Shown: positions 1 to 57,951 of the stretch, one piece after another
How the letters are laid out: the number at the start of each line of letters is the position of its first letter
Numbering within the stretch: position 1 is the stretch's first letter
NCBI GenBank assembly: GCA_951406725.2
Contig: OX597840.1
Location: forward strand, 27,342,001 to 27,406,000
DNA length: 64,000 nt
Direction of reading: 5' to 3'
Origin: Octopus vulgaris
Lineage: Eukaryota
The notes under the pieces: model-generated
The model's input: only the letters and a program-made list of their open reading frames with translations
Databases searched by the model: none
What the model was told of the DNA's origin: nothing
Program-made: the position numbers and the translations under genes

Positions 1-58
1 TGGATGAGAAATCCATTTTTCCCCATTTATAAAAGAAGTATTTTTCTTCTCGTTTGTT

Positions 59-973
59 CTATGTAGCGATGACTTTCTGGATAATTCCTGCTAAACCAAT
101 TACACAGGAGTTCTTGCAACGCGTCCACTCACCCCTATATAAAGGTCTAGTTTACCAAAGTTTTCTCTTATATTCTTCGTCGCAATTCCAAAAAAATTCC
201 CATGATAATTGACAGGATTATGACCGCATTAACTTCGTTCTAGCATTTGAGCATTTCGGTATAATAATCTGCCTTTTTTTTTTTTTTTTCCATTTTTCTT
301 GACTTTGATAACAAATGGACATGCCACGTTCTTTAGAGCACAGAATATTTTTCTTCTTAATATTCGGTTCGTTCTCATCTATTCTTCTTTCGATCTGTGC
401 AAGAAATTCCTGAAGCAATTTCACTTCGTCGTTTTCGAAGAATTACATTTCTATTCCCAAGAATGCAAAACAGCAAACGAATCTCTTACAAGAATTCTGG
501 TGAATTACTATCGCAATTTTACATAATACCAACATTTTTATATTTAACCCCTTCCCCTATCTGTCGACATTTTGATACAATGCTTGTGAACCATCGTACA
601 TTCTGCATTTGGGTAAACAGTCTCACTGTTCTATCATTCCCTTTATCCATTTTAAGACGTTTAAGGCATATTTCTGTGCTGTTCGGATCATTCCTTGGGT
701 TTCATTTTTCAATACCCCTTTCTTTAACCATAGCCAGCAGTCCCTGTTATCTCTTAGCTCCTTTTTTTTTCTTTTTGTAAAATACTGAATAAAACATTTT
801 TTCTTCAAATTTTGGCTTCTCTTTTTCACTTTTTCTCGTTCTCTCTTCCTGAGTTCTGCAAAATTCCCTAATAATCCTTCTCTTATTGGCCCCTTAAGGA
901 ATGCTTCTTCTTTGTCTTTAAGACAGGAACCTAAACTCCTCTTCTCTACTTCTACTTCCTCTTCGACATTCAT
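59..973 (-). mobile_element. Decayed R4/Dong-like non-LTR retrotransposon, 3' part of ORF (post-RT, CCHC finger, REL endonuclease end)
   Basis: ORF 623-973 has WLWLKKGVLKNETQGMIRTAQKYAL (R4-type WLxxGxLKxETEGxIxAAQxQAL). Frameshifted downstream pieces read PKCRM, IVSKC, IAIVIH and end CVIGLAGIIQKVIAT*. Confidence 0.7.
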
Positions 974-1175
974 TAACCCTTTCTTTCTCTCCCCATTCTT
1001 TTCCTGTATAATTTGTTCACATCCGATTGGGGTTGCACGCTTCTGTGCATTGGGAGTTCTTATAATGCATGGATACTAGGGGAATATCTCCTGTATATCA
1101 AATGTGATATGGAATGACAAAGGGTCAATAATTGCAGTTATTTTCCAAAGTTCTTACTTTACTTTTACTTTTTAC

Positions 1176-1578
1176 TTATTTACTTGTTTCAGTCATTTGA
1201 CTGCGGCCATGCTAGAGCACCGCCTTTAGTCGAGCAAATCGACCCCGGGACTTATTCTTTTTGTAAGCCCAGTACTTATTCCATCGGTCTCTTTTGCCGA
1301 ACCGCTAAGTGACGGGGACGTAAACACACCAGCATCGGTTGTTAAGCAATGCTAGGGGGACAAACACAGACACACAAACACATACACGCACATACCTATA
1401 TACATATATATATATATATACGACGGGCTTCTTTCAGTTTCCGTCTACCAAATCCACTCACAAGGCATTGGTCGGCCCGGAGCTATAGCAGAAGACACTT
1501 ACCCAAGATGCCACGCAGTGGGACTGAACCCGGAACCATGCGGTTGGTTAGCAAACTACTTACCACACAGCCACTCCT
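1176..1578 (-). mobile_element. tRNA-derived SINE family A, full length
   Basis: Reverse complement of the ~400 bp repeat at 29451 and 53781: head tggctgtgtggt..gggttcagtccc, internal (TA)/(TG) tract, tail gaaacaagtaaa. Confidence 0.9.
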
Positions 1579-1838
1579 AAAATTAATAAAAATGAAGGCA
1601 GTGTATTTAAACAGAAGTATAGCAACAAATGAGCAAAATGTTGCAAGTGTGAATTTCGGTCTTGGCCCTTTGCCTGTCCAAAGCATTTTCATAAGGTTGT
1701 CCTAAATGTCCATTCTTGTTTTCAGATTTATAGTTAACCCTTGTTTCACATGTTCTGATTCGTATAAAGCTTTTCTTCAAGAAGTCCCCAAGTTACTCTA
1801 GTGGTTGGAGAAAAAATTAGAAATGTTTATCATATATA

Positions 1839-2023
1839 GGCCCAGGAGTAGCTTGCTTACCAACCACATGGTTTCGGGTTCAGTCCCATCGCGTGGCACC
1901 TTGGACAAGTGTCTTCTACTATAGCTGCGGGTCAACCAAAGCCTTTTAAGTGAATTTGGTAGATGGAAACTGAAAGAAGCCCGTCGTACATATATGTATG
2001 TGTGTGTGTGTACGTGCGTTTTT

Positions 2024-2077
<54 letters not shown>

Positions 2078-2520
2078 TTCCCCCAACATCGCTTGACAAA
2101 CGATGCTGGTGTGTTTATGTCCCCATCACTTAGCGGTTCAGCAAAAGAGACTGATAGAATAAATACTAGACTAACAAAAAGAACAAGTCCTAGGGTCGAT
2201 TTGTTCGGACAAGTGTCTTCTACTATAGCTGCGGGTCAACCAAAGCCTTGTAAGTGAATTTGGTAAGTGGAAACTGAAAGAAGCCCGTCGTATATGTGTG
2301 TGTGTGTTTGTGTGTCTGTGTTTGTCCCCCCCCCCCCCCCAACATCGCTTGACAAACGATGCTGGTGTGCGTATATGTCCCCCTCACTTAGCGGTTCAGC
2401 AAAAGAGACTGATAGAATAAATACTAGACTAACAAAAAAAAACAAGTCCTAGGGATCGATTCGTTCGACTAAAAAGCAGTGCTCCAGCATGGCCGCAGTC
2501 AAACGACCGAAACAAATATA
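1839..2520 (+). mobile_element. SINE family A with internal tandem duplication
   Basis: Segment ggacaagtgtcttctact...gtcctaggg occurs twice (about 1903-2195 and 2207-2454). Confidence 0.85.
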
Positions 2521-2850
2521 AGAATATATACGATTCACGGACACCAACGAAATACGAAACGTAATGTCCGGCGTATCACACGTGACAGGGATGCAGGCAA
2601 AAGGTTAATGACATCATAATCTCACCTGTCAGGTAGATCCATACCAATATATTTTATGATTTTTCTTTTCGCGTTTCATTTCCATTAAAGCTTATGGCAA
2701 AGGCACCGAATGTCATTCCGATGCCAAATCAAATATTCCTGCCGTTCTTCACGATACGATTCCATTGTTATTAGCGCAGATGTTTAAACACCAAATAATT
2801 CACTTCACTTCGCTCTCATCCATTCACTGCGAAGACACTTAGCTTTTGTT

Positions 2851-3404
<554 letters not shown>

Positions 3405-3405
3405 G

Positions 3406-3618
3406 AGGCAGCCTGCTGGCAGAATCGTTAGCAACGCCAGGCAAAATGCTCAGCGGTATTTCGTCTGCCTTTACGTTCTGAGTTCAAATTCCACCGAGTT
3501 CGACTTTGCCTTTCATCCTTTCGGGGGTCGATAAAATAAATACCCGTTGAGTACTGGTTTCAATATAATTGACTAGTTCCTCTCCCAAAATTGCTGGCCT
3601 TGTGCCAAAATTTGAAAC

Positions 3619-3620
<2 letters not shown>
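3406..3620 (+). mobile_element. tRNA-derived SINE family B (short-tail variant)
   Basis: gctggcagaatcgttagca..gagttcaaattcc..ctttgcctttcatcctttcggggtcgataaa; same core as 19066 and 62542; degenerate copy at about 6628-6857. Confidence 0.85.
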
Positions 3621-3670
<50 letters not shown>

Positions 3671-4179
3671 TCTTTATCATATGTTTTGTTGGAGCACCTA
3701 GAGTCCTACCTGCAGCCTACGATACGATGCTATCCGTTCTTTTCAGCTGTCTAATACTTTCCTGATTATTCTGGCCGTGCCAAGGAGGCAAACCTCTGTG
3801 TGTGTGTGTGGGCGCGCGCTTGCATCTGTGTGTGTTCGTGCGCGCGTATGTGTGTGTGTTTGCGTGCGTAATGCGTTGGTTATACAGCCTGCTGGTGGTA
3901 GTTTATTTTATTGGATATTTGCTATATAGAGTGTGTCTTGTTTGTGGATTGTTTGCTATTATTATAATAATTATTATTACTATTATTTAACATCATCACA
4001 ATTATCATCATCACCACCAACATCCTCATATACTTTTCCTCATACTCCTCCTCCTCGTCATCATCTCCATATCAGTTGTATAGTTCATCCAACTTTCCTA
4101 CTTTCGAGTGTATTGTATTTCATATTTTTTCCGCCGTCATATTTCAAAATTGATTTTAATTGCACTTTAAAATAGAAAC

Positions 4180-5365
4180 AGCCACTACAGAAATAATGTA
4201 ATAACCATCAACAACTACAACACAAACAACAACACCACCACTAACTACTTCAGCCTATACTGCTATGCTACAACCAAACACATCTCTCCTATATTCACCA
4301 GTTCATGACCTCTTCCATAAACGCCCATCACTACCGACTGCCCATACCGCCACCACCATCACCCCCACTGCAAGCTCTGCTACTACGCCCACCACCACCA
4401 CCACCACTATCATCTTCACTTACTAGTGCCTTACTAGCACTATCACCACTACCATTGTTCCCACTCCACCTCCGCCACTGCAAACACCACTACCAGGATC
4501 ATCACCACCTTCCTCCACTATCACCTCAACCACCACCACCGGCACCACTATCAGCACTAAAACTACGACCTTTACTGCAACTACCACCAGAACTACAAAC
4601 ATCACCATCACTTTAACTACCACCTGTACCCCACCCACCACCAGTACCCCAGCCACAGCCAGCAGCTCCGCCCACTACTTCACTGCCACCACCACCAGCC
4701 ACTACTACAACCACCACCATCACCATCACTACAATCTCTGCCCATACTGCCACGACTTCTGACTCCACCTCTGCTCTCTACCACTCCCACTTCCACTATT
4801 CCACCACCATCACCCCCACCCATCTCTACCGGACCGACTAGTTCCCTACTATAACTACAAACACCAACACAAAAAATCATCCGCTACAGACGCCACCGCC
4901 ACCACAAACCACAGAACCACCATCGCCACCATCACCACCATTATCACAAACATCGCCACTACAAACACTACAACTATCACCAACACAACCATTATCGATA
5001 CTACCATCACAATCACCACAACCGCAAACACCACCACGTCTGCAAAAACCGCCGCCAAAAATTCTACCACCGCCGCCAACAACAACATCGCAACTACCAC
5101 AAACACCATTACCAAAAACTACCACCGAAACCACCGATAACAACATCATCACTACCACAGACATAACCATTACAACCACAACCACAACCACAAATACCAC
5201 CACGTCTACAAAAGCTGTCACCGAAAACACCACCACCGCCGCCATCATGCTCAATATTTACTTCCTTACAGTAATTAAATAGATCAAGTAAAAATTCACA
5301 TCTTTCGAACATCGCTAAATAGCTACATCGCCACCACCGCCACCGCCGCCACCACCATCACCAGC
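4180..5365. repeat. Degenerate (ACC/CAC)n low-complexity tract
   Basis: Seen directly; similar tracts at 25435-25686, 26630-27940, 45340-45840, 52970-53335, 60480-61010. Confidence 0.85.
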
Positions 5366-5847
5366 GGGTTATTCTTATCTCGCTGTTAATTCAGTCTGTT
5401 ACACACACAGACGTGCGCGCGCACGAGCTATATAAACGTACATGCACACGTACTCAGCCGCAAATGTCGTTATCTAAGCCAGAATTGATAATCTTTTGCT
5501 ATCAGTTTCTTTCCTCTCCCCTTTTTTCACTTCTACCACTTCCCTTTTCCTCCCTCTCCCCTCTCTCTCTCTCTCTACCTATCTATCTCTTTCTATCTCT
5601 CTTTGCCAGTCCTCTATCACCTCCCCTTCTTTCTCTCCTTTATTCTCCCAAATAGTTTTGTTCTCTAATCAATAACTGAATCTTTAGGCATATTTTTTCG
5701 GTTTGTTTCTTTTAAAAAAAATATTTTGAATGTTATTAAATTTATTATTATCACTACTAACACTAACATTCATACTACTTAAATCATCATCATCATCATC
5801 ATTATTATTATTATTATTATTATTATTACTACTACTATTATTATTAC

Positions 5848-5901
<54 letters not shown>

Positions 5902-5926
5902 TATTATTATCATTATTATTATTATA

Positions 5927-5958
<32 letters not shown>

Positions 5959-5992
5959 TACTATTATTATTGTTATTATTATCATTATTATT

Positions 5993-6068
<76 letters not shown>

Positions 6069-6100
6069 CTATTATTATTGTTATTATTATCATTATTATT

Positions 6101-6165
<65 letters not shown>

Positions 6166-6193
6166 TATTATTGTTATTATTATCATTATTATT

Positions 6194-6228
<35 letters not shown>

Positions 6229-6286
6229 TACTATTATTATTATTATCATTATTATTATTATTATTATCATTATTATTATTATTATT

Positions 6287-6319
<33 letters not shown>

Positions 6320-6875
6320 GTCGTCGTCGTCGTCGTCGTCTTCGTCGTCGTCGTTGTTGTTGTTGTTTTTGTTGTTGTTATTGATGTTATTGTTGCTGTT
6401 GCTCTGCTACGTTTCTGATGATAAATAAATCTTTTCTTCGTGTGAATATAACGTAATGATCTCAATGCGGAAGACATTAACTCGGGAATGAAGGGATGAA
6501 AGAATGTCGTTTAATAAAGAGTGAACAAGGCGGAGCAGAGGAACAGAATTTATCATGATTATTATTATCATCAGCAGCATCATCATCATTGTTATTGATG
6601 TTATTGATAGTATTATCGTCATCACCATCAAGCTGGTAGAAATGTCAGAACATCGCCAAAAAATGCTATGGAGTATTTTTGTCTGGGTCTTTTTCGCCTG
6701 CGTTCAATCTTCCACTGAGTTTGACCTCCACTTTCGTTTTCGTTTCTTTTTTTTTTTTTGGTAGCATCGATAAAATAACAACCCTACTCAAGTACTATGA
6801 TGGGGGCCCAAAAGTATCGACTCATCCCCTCTTACTAGAGAGACCCTCGTGCCAAAATTATTATTATTATTATTA

Positions 6876-6918
<43 letters not shown>

Positions 6919-6959
6919 CATCATCATCTTCATCATCATTATTATTATTATTATCATCA

Positions 6960-7027
<68 letters not shown>

Positions 7028-7028
<1 letters not shown>

Positions 7029-7244
7029 TATGTATGACTTTTGCTTTATATTTGTACAAGTTGGCTCCAAGTCTCACCCAGAGACCTCAAGAGACAACAT
7101 GTTGGAAGTTCATGTTGTTGTTATGCCTAGTGTGGCATATATTTGGGGTTTTTTGTCCAAAAAAAACGAAAATTATGTTTGTTTTAAACCCTGAGATCAC
7201 ATAGAAAGCATTTCGCGTAGGATATGAGCAGTTTCCATGAGTAC
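7028..7244 (-). mobile_element. 3' end of an R4/Dong-like LINE embedded in (TAA)n
   Basis: Reverse strand reads VLMETAHILREMLSM* (R4-type C-terminus), then a 3'UTR and an (AAT)n tail; second copy 10446-10635. Confidence 0.75.
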
Positions 7245-7284
<40 letters not shown>

Positions 7285-7308
7285 CATTATTATTATTATT
7301 ATTATTAA

Positions 7309-7380
<72 letters not shown>

Positions 7381-7381
<1 letters not shown>

Positions 7382-7662
7382 GAGTGAGAGAGCAGCGCAT
7401 GAAATCAAAGGGACACTAGAGTACAAATATACGAAGCTCAGGATACCCATCATGACTACCCGTCTGATAAGGGTACACCAGGCACATACACCACAACCCA
7501 ACCATATGTACATTACATGGTGATCACATACCGAGATAAACAGCGCATGACCTTACAGGTGGGGCCCAGTTAGAATTTTCTTCAGGTCAAGTAGCCCATC
7601 CCGCTCAAAAGATCCCTGAATAAGGATTGTTTCAGGATGTTGAATAAAACACCCATGTTTCC
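7381..7662 (-). mobile_element. (TAA)n-associated retroelement 3' end (family G), 5'-truncated
   Basis: Matches 52098-52653; ends ctctctcactc+(aat)n; other copies 10291-10431(-) and 51634-51738(+). Confidence 0.8.
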
Positions 7663-7744
7663 AATGATGAACATATGGTTGTATATGTGATTATGTGAGT
7701 AGGTGTATATATATACATACATTTATATATATACATATATATAC

Positions 7745-7798
<54 letters not shown>

Positions 7799-8292
7799 AT
7801 GTTGAACTTAAAAATAGTTTATGACTATTTAATTTTTTCCCACTAGGCCGCTGGTGGCAAAATAATTCTACAAAATTTTTTTTTTGGCACCCTATATTGA
7901 TTAATTATGAATTTTCTGGTTAATTCCGTAATGGAATCGGCGGCTTATATTTATTTGCTGCCGATAAATTTGGCGCGAGTGCGACGATTTGAAAATTTTA
8001 GGTCAGATATTGACGAGGTAGCAACGAGAATGCCTCGTGAAAAATATCTGTTCCGGCTTGGCTATTTCTTACTGATGATTCTAAGGGCCTATGGTAGATT
8101 GGCTTGATTTAATTTAATCAGGTTAGTTTTCCATTAAACAGAAGATGAAACGGTGCATCGTCTAAGAAATTACAGGGTAAATGTTTTTCAATTTTCTCCT
8201 GGTTTACGGAATTAACGTTATTTTGCGGTTAAAGCTTTTGGCTGTTATTTCTAGTGGGAGAATGGCCTATTATGGCCGTTCCTTGATTGTTG

Positions 8293-8325
<33 letters not shown>

Positions 8326-8326
8326 A

Positions 8327-8520
8327 CGGGAAAGTTTACGAAAATAAACAAAAGACGAAGGCAGATGGAGTACAAACAAACAATTGTATTAGTATGGCGC
8401 TCAGGAATAGAAATAGAACAAGTCTTTTACGTTTCGAGCCTACGCTCTTCGACAGAAAGATACACAGAAAAGAAACAAGGAGAGAACAAAATGCGTGTAG
8501 GAGCTAACGATCTATCATAT
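8327..8520 (-). mobile_element. (TA)n-associated ~190 bp repeat (family F), Penelope-pLTR-like, carrying a hammerhead-like fold
   Basis: Five similar copies: 8327, 43720, 43922, 62955, 63279; hammerhead-like fold at 8423-8460. Confidence 0.7.
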
Positions 8521-8716
8521 GTATTTCTTATCTTGTATTAGTAATTTGTGGTAAATCATTTTACCTTTGCCCATATAATACAGTAAAGGAATTGATTGCA
8601 TCGCAATCCTTAACATTTATGTATTAACTTTGTTGGGTACTTCACTAGCAGTATATTGGATATATGTTATCCCATGGAGGGTTGCATTTACATCCCCTAT
8701 CTCAATCTGTATATAT

Positions 8717-8770
<54 letters not shown>

Positions 8771-9628
8771 CTATGCATATATATCTATGTCTATGTATGC
8801 ATATATATATATGCATATATATATATTTATAGGTATACACTCATATATATATATACATACGTTAATATTATCATGTATGCGCGCATGTGTCCATGCATTT
8901 ATATATGTACAAGTCTACACTTGAATGAATGTACCTATACATGTATGTATATACGTATGCATGCGCGTATTTCTGTATGTATATTTGCATCTATGTACAC
9001 AGTATTTAAATAAGAATGTATGTAAGTATGTATGTATGCAGGTATGTATGTATCAATCTATCTATAACCCGTTATATTCTGAAAACCGATACGTCTGGAA
9101 ACAGCTTAGCTGTCTCCCAGATAAAAGATTTTGCCAGTTGTAAGTTGATGTTGAAATATAATTCATTTTGCTTCGAAGCTCGTACCGCACACGGTTTATT
9201 GTTTGCGTTTTTGTTTGTCAGACATCTTGGCTGCCTAGATATACCTGTGAGTAGATGCGCGTGTATGTATGAGTGTGAGGGGACATGTATATGTGTGTGT
9301 GTGTTTGTGTGTACCTGTGTGTTTATGTAAATAACATTTTGTAAAAGAAACCCAAATCTGCATAGTTTCCTTACCTTCTCTCAGTGAGTGTATATATGTA
9401 TATATACACACACAAATGGAAAACGCTCTAAATATGGTTGCTTATAAACTAAGATAAGCACTATAAACGGACGCACACATATTTACATACACTCATTTAT
9501 ATACATATATATATCATACACACAGAAATATATATATATTGCATATGTATTACATATATATGCATATGTATTACATATATATACATATATATAGATGTAT
9601 ATACGCATATATACATACACATGTATAA

Positions 9629-9761
<133 letters not shown>

Positions 9762-9817
9762 CTGTGCTTATAGTAGAAAGAATTATTATTATTATTATCA
9801 TCATCATCATCATCATT

Positions 9818-9988
9818 GCCTTTGCACACCTTCTACCGTTGGAGATGTATTACAGTGTCAGCTGTTCACTACCAGTGAACTATGGTAACCTCTCTTTTCG
9901 AGCACCACCCGATGTAGTGTTGTTTTCTGCAAGTGCAGCCCCTATTTGTTCTCAAGATTTTTATTCACTGTTCCCAGGCCTCCGACAA
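9818..9988 (-). mobile_element. R4/Dong-like LINE C-terminal fragment between (ATC)/(ATT) tracts
   Basis: Reverse strand VGGLGTVNKNLE...LQKTTL resembles the R4-type GALGxVxKxL...LQKxxLL terminus. Confidence 0.55.
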
Positions 9989-9994
9989 TTATTG

Positions 9995-10081
<87 letters not shown>

Positions 10082-10233
10082 TTATTATCATTATTATCAT
10101 ACTATTATTATTACTTTTTTTTCTTCTTTCAAATTTTCTTCCATTTCTTGCCGAGTGTCTTCCCGACTCCTAGGGCAAAGAAACTCATAGTGTATATTGG
10201 TAGGCCATTAAACCAAACTCAGTAGTTCGTTCA

Positions 10234-10284
<51 letters not shown>

Positions 10285-10290
10285 TATTAT

Positions 10291-10431
10291 TGAGTGAGCG
10301 AGCAGAGCATGCCATCAAAGTGAAACTGGGGTAAAATATACGAAGCCCAGTATACCCATCATGACTACCCGTCTGATAAGGGTACACCAGGCACATGCAT
10401 CACAACCATATGTGCGCGACATGGTGATCTC
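10291..10431 (-). mobile_element. Family G 3' end in (TAA)n
   Basis: Sequence match to the 3' part of 52098-52653; (ATT)n on both sides. Confidence 0.8.
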
Positions 10432-10445
10432 ATTATTATTATTAT

Positions 10446-10635
10446 CTTATGTTTGACTTTTGCTTCACATTTGTACAATTTGGCTCCGAGAGACAAGTTG
10501 GAAGTTCATGTTGGCGTTATGCCTAGCATGCCATATATTTGGTTTTATACATAGTATTTTTCTAGAGAATGTTTAAAAAACCCATAAGAAAATCATGTTT
10601 GTTTTAAAACTTGAGATTACGTAGAAAGTTGGTAC
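10446..10635 (-). mobile_element. Dong-like 3'UTR copy in (TAA)n
   Basis: Paralog of 7028-7244. Confidence 0.7.
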
Positions 10636-10683
<48 letters not shown>

Positions 10684-10742
10684 CATCATCATCATCATCA
10701 TCATTATTATTATTATCCTCATCATCATCATCATCATCATCA

Positions 10743-10836
<94 letters not shown>

Positions 10837-10961
10837 TATCATTATTATTATTATTTTATCGCTCTCATTTGCCGAGCCGCTAATATTACTCTTTTTTTAT
10901 TTTAACTAAAGCAGCAGTTTGGTTCATTTGTTTCTTAGTTATTTCTTCGTTTCTCCTCCAG

Positions 10962-53453
<42,492 letters not shown>

Positions 53454-53525
53454 GTAGGTAGACACTACCCATATATACATACATACACACACTCATATAT
53501 ATGAAACAAGTAAAAGAGTAAAAGA

Positions 53526-53566
<41 letters not shown>

Positions 53567-53714
53567 AATTATATACGTTTTTATTATTTTTTTGCAATTT
53601 ACTTAATCATTGACATTTTATTGTTATTTTAATTTGAATATTTCTATTATATGTAATTTTCTAGATGGTGTAATTTAATTGTTCATTTTGAATTGATAAA
53701 AGGTGTTTTTTTTC

Positions 53715-53780
<66 letters not shown>

Positions 53781-53782
<2 letters not shown>

Positions 53783-54190
53783 CGCAGGAGTGGCTGTGTG
53801 GTAAGTAGCTTGCTAACCAACCACATGGTTCCGGGTTCAGTCCCACTGCGTGGCATCTTGGGCAAGTGTCTTCTGCTATAGCCCCGGGCCGACCAATGCC
53901 TTGTGAGTGGATTTGGTAGACGGAAACTGAAAGAAGCCTGTCGTATATATATATATATGTGTGTGTGTGTGTTTGTGTGTCTGTGTTTGTCCCCCTAGCA
54001 TTGCTTGACAACCGATGCTGGTGTGTTCACGTCCCCGTCACTTAGCGGTTCGGCAAAAGAGACCGATAGAATAAGCACTGGGCTTACAAAGAATAAGTCC
54101 CGGGGTCGATTTGCTCGACTAAAGGCGGTGCTCCAGCATGGCCACAGTCAAAATGACTGAAACAAGTAAAAGAGTAAAGAGTAAAGAGAG
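53781..54190 (+). mobile_element. SINE family A, full length
   Basis: Family match; degenerate copies also at about 13190-13350, 40141-40265, 55590-55975, 58335-58502. Confidence 0.9.
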
Positions 54191-54403
54191 TATATTATAT
54201 TGTGTGAAATTTGATTTCGTATTTCTAAATTCAATTTTTTTTCCTTGTAAGTTTGGATTTTATTCCCTCAAATAATAATAATTATATATATATATATATA
54301 CTTGGATTCTGTAACCAGTGCGTGTGTCTACTCTAATTTTCATTGGCAAAATGATCCTCCCTAGACGAAACGTGATACACACATACAGATAATATACATA
54401 TAC

Positions 54404-54438
<35 letters not shown>

Positions 54439-54453
54439 CATGTATGTATGGAT

Positions 54454-54495
<42 letters not shown>

Positions 54496-54809
54496 TTGTA
54501 TGTATGTATGTATGTATATGTATATTCGTTTCTTATGTTTCGAACACGGACCGAACAAACACTTAAATTGAGAAGAAGCGCTTAATACGTTCCAAATCCA
54601 CAGTCGGTGTTTGTCTTATTTATCAAGCGATGTCTTACAACAGGAAAACCATTTCAATGCAATCTTGTAATGACGTTGAAAACCAGTCACAGACTGCGAT
54701 ATGCCTGGCCTTTAGGCATATACAAGATTACAATGAGAAAATGTACATTTGAAATGTATCACCTGGTGTATGTATTATGTGCGTGCATACACCCCCATAC
54801 ACAGACACA

Positions 54810-54843
<34 letters not shown>

Positions 54844-54957
54844 GAATATGTATTGTGTTTTTAAAATTTTGTTTGTATTTATATCTGTAAAATAAACTAT
54901 GAAAACAAATGAATTAACTATATGTCTTTAACTCTCCATTATCTTACGTTAATTTTA

Positions 54958-55066
<109 letters not shown>

Positions 55067-55337
55067 CTACATATATATTATATATATATATATATATATA
55101 TTTTATAAATATATATATATATATATACGTTTAAATATTTGTTGTGCAAGATTTTTTATGTGAAGTCGTGTGTTGAAACAGATATTGTCATATTGCCAGT
55201 TTAGCCAATAAGGAACTCTGGCCGAAATAAGATTAAGATTAATGTAAAAAATAAATAACACTGAAGCAAAATAACACCAAATATATAGTGCGTGTGTTTT
55301 TATTGGCTAAACTGGCAATATGACCAATCCGAAATAT

Positions 55338-55391
<54 letters not shown>

Positions 55392-55419
55392 GTATATGTA
55401 TATGTGTGTGTGTGTATTA

Positions 55420-55468
<49 letters not shown>

Positions 55469-55772
55469 CAGTATCAGCGTTCAGCAGTGATCAGGAATGA
55501 TTGAACTTCAGGTTAGTTACAATATGTTTATGAGACATTTCAACTTGTAAGGGCAAATTCGATGCAGTTATATATATATATTATCTTTTATCTTTTACTT
55601 GTTTCAATCATTGGTCTACGGCCAATCTGGAGCACATCCTTGAAGAGTTTTAGTCGAACAAATCGACCCTAGTACATATATTTTAAACCTGCTGCTTATT
55701 ACTGAGTTACAGGAGTGTAAACACACCAACACCGGCTGTTAAGTGATGGTGGGGCACAAACACAGGCCGATA

Positions 55773-55862
<90 letters not shown>

Positions 55863-56435
55863 CAGGCTTCCACATAGACTCTGTCAAACACTTTGGCCAG
55901 CGTACTGCAAAGTAGGGCTGAACCCGGAATCCCGCGATTGCAGGGAGAGCTCGTTAACCACGTAGACACGCCTGCAGCAGTGTGTGAGTGTCGTATTTTT
56001 GAAGGAATTGGTAAGAATTTATGCTAATTTTTCGAAAACACTTAATAGAGACGATCATATTACATCATAAGAGAATTCTATGCAATAATATATAATTAAA
56101 CTTGTTCCAAATCAAATTTCTAATTATTACTAACTTTAATATAATTAATTTAATCCACAAACAATTATAAACTTCATAAATTGCATCATACAATATTGTT
56201 AAACGAACTAAAAAATTATATTTTGATTTTTCAGATCTCCATGTACTTAAATACATTAACTCTTAACCTGTAACCTCAGCCTTGTGTTTATTTTTAGTTA
56301 ATTTTTAATTTTCCAGTTAGTAATTTAATACAACGGTTAAATAGGTTAACACAGAAAACACTTAACGCACGACGGCAACTTCCGTGGTTTTCAGATGGTA
56401 TAGAAAATTATTCGTCGTCCGGGATGTGTGTGTGC

Positions 56436-56493
<58 letters not shown>

Positions 56494-56530
56494 ATGATGT
56501 ATGTCAAGAACCAGCTGGCTTGACACCATC

Positions 56531-56633
<103 letters not shown>

Positions 56634-56666
56634 ATGTATGTGTGTATGTATGTATGATGTATGTCA

Positions 56667-56787
56667 AGAACCAGCTGGCTTGACACCATCAAGAGTGATA
56701 CCGGAATGGACATAGCCAATCTGAAAGAAGCGGCTGGAGGACACTGATCCAACGAGTAACCGAGTGTCGACTTCGACTGAACGGATA
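56667..56787 (+). mobile_element. RTE(BovB-like) LINE 3' end
   Basis: [21 protein letters not shown] / WRTLIQRVTECRLRLNG*, followed by an (atgg)/(atgt) tail. Confidence 0.7.
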
Positions 56788-56973
56788 GATGGATGGATGT
56801 TGTATGTATGTATGTATGTATGTATGTATGTATGTATGTATGTATGTATGTATGTATGTATGTGTGTATGTATGTATAGAGAGAGAGAGAGAGAAAGAAA
56901 GGCAGACAGACATATATATATATACATATATACATACATATATTTGTAGTTAAAACTATAAATGCATAGTCAC

Positions 56974-57068
<95 letters not shown>

Positions 57069-57219
57069 TGTATCTTTATTAGCCACACAGGGCTGAACAC
57101 AGGCGGGACAGATTACAAAGTAGAGCTTTTCTTTATGGGGAGAAAAGAAAAAAAATGTGGGGTAGGTTTTCAATCAAAAGGGATCGTAAAAGTGACAGAA
57201 AAAAGGAGAGAAAAGAAAA

Positions 57220-57316
<97 letters not shown>

Positions 57317-57871
57317 CGTGATGGTGCTGAAAAGTTCCTGGTTTTAAGGACCTCACGAAAAGCCTGTTTACAGGCTCAACCTTCCAAGATCTATTATAGG
57401 GCCTAGAAAACTGAAGGACCGCTGCAATAAGTGTATAAATTTGGGACGTGAATATATTGGATAAAATCATAATTAATTGGTCTTCCCGTATTTTCTTTTA
57501 TCCAAAGCCAGGAACTTTTCAGCTGTATATATGTATGTGTATACACACGCACACACATACATACATACATACATGCATACATAATATGTATGTGTGTGTG
57601 TGGAAGAATAATAAGGATAAAACGAAAATGTGTTATTCCTTTTACATTGCACTTAATTCCGAAGTATATTGTTACAATCAAATCATTTCAGAATGAGTTA
57701 TTACATATTCCAAAATAGCATATTATATCGCAAATGCTTTGCTGCAGCCAAATCATTTCGCGATTGCCTATTCCAAAGTTTATTGTTACATTGAAATCGT
57801 TTCAACACACGTTATTAAGCATTCCAAAGCACATGATTACGGAAACTTCATATACACACGTACATTTATAA

Positions 57872-57951
<80 letters not shown>

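Noticed and set aside
1349-1705. Recurrent ORF MLGGQTQTH..RRASFSFRLPNPLTR..GTEPGTM
   Set aside because: Antisense reading of SINE family A, not a gene family
2538-2570. Hammerhead-like cggaca-ccaacga-aatac-gaaa-cgta-a-tgtccg (+)
   Set aside because: G5 is A and there is no stem II; at best a dead relic
5410-5470. CpG-rich patch with TATAAA as a possible GPCR promoter
   Set aside because: No signal-peptide or first-Cys exon found between it and 10962; the motif alone is too weak
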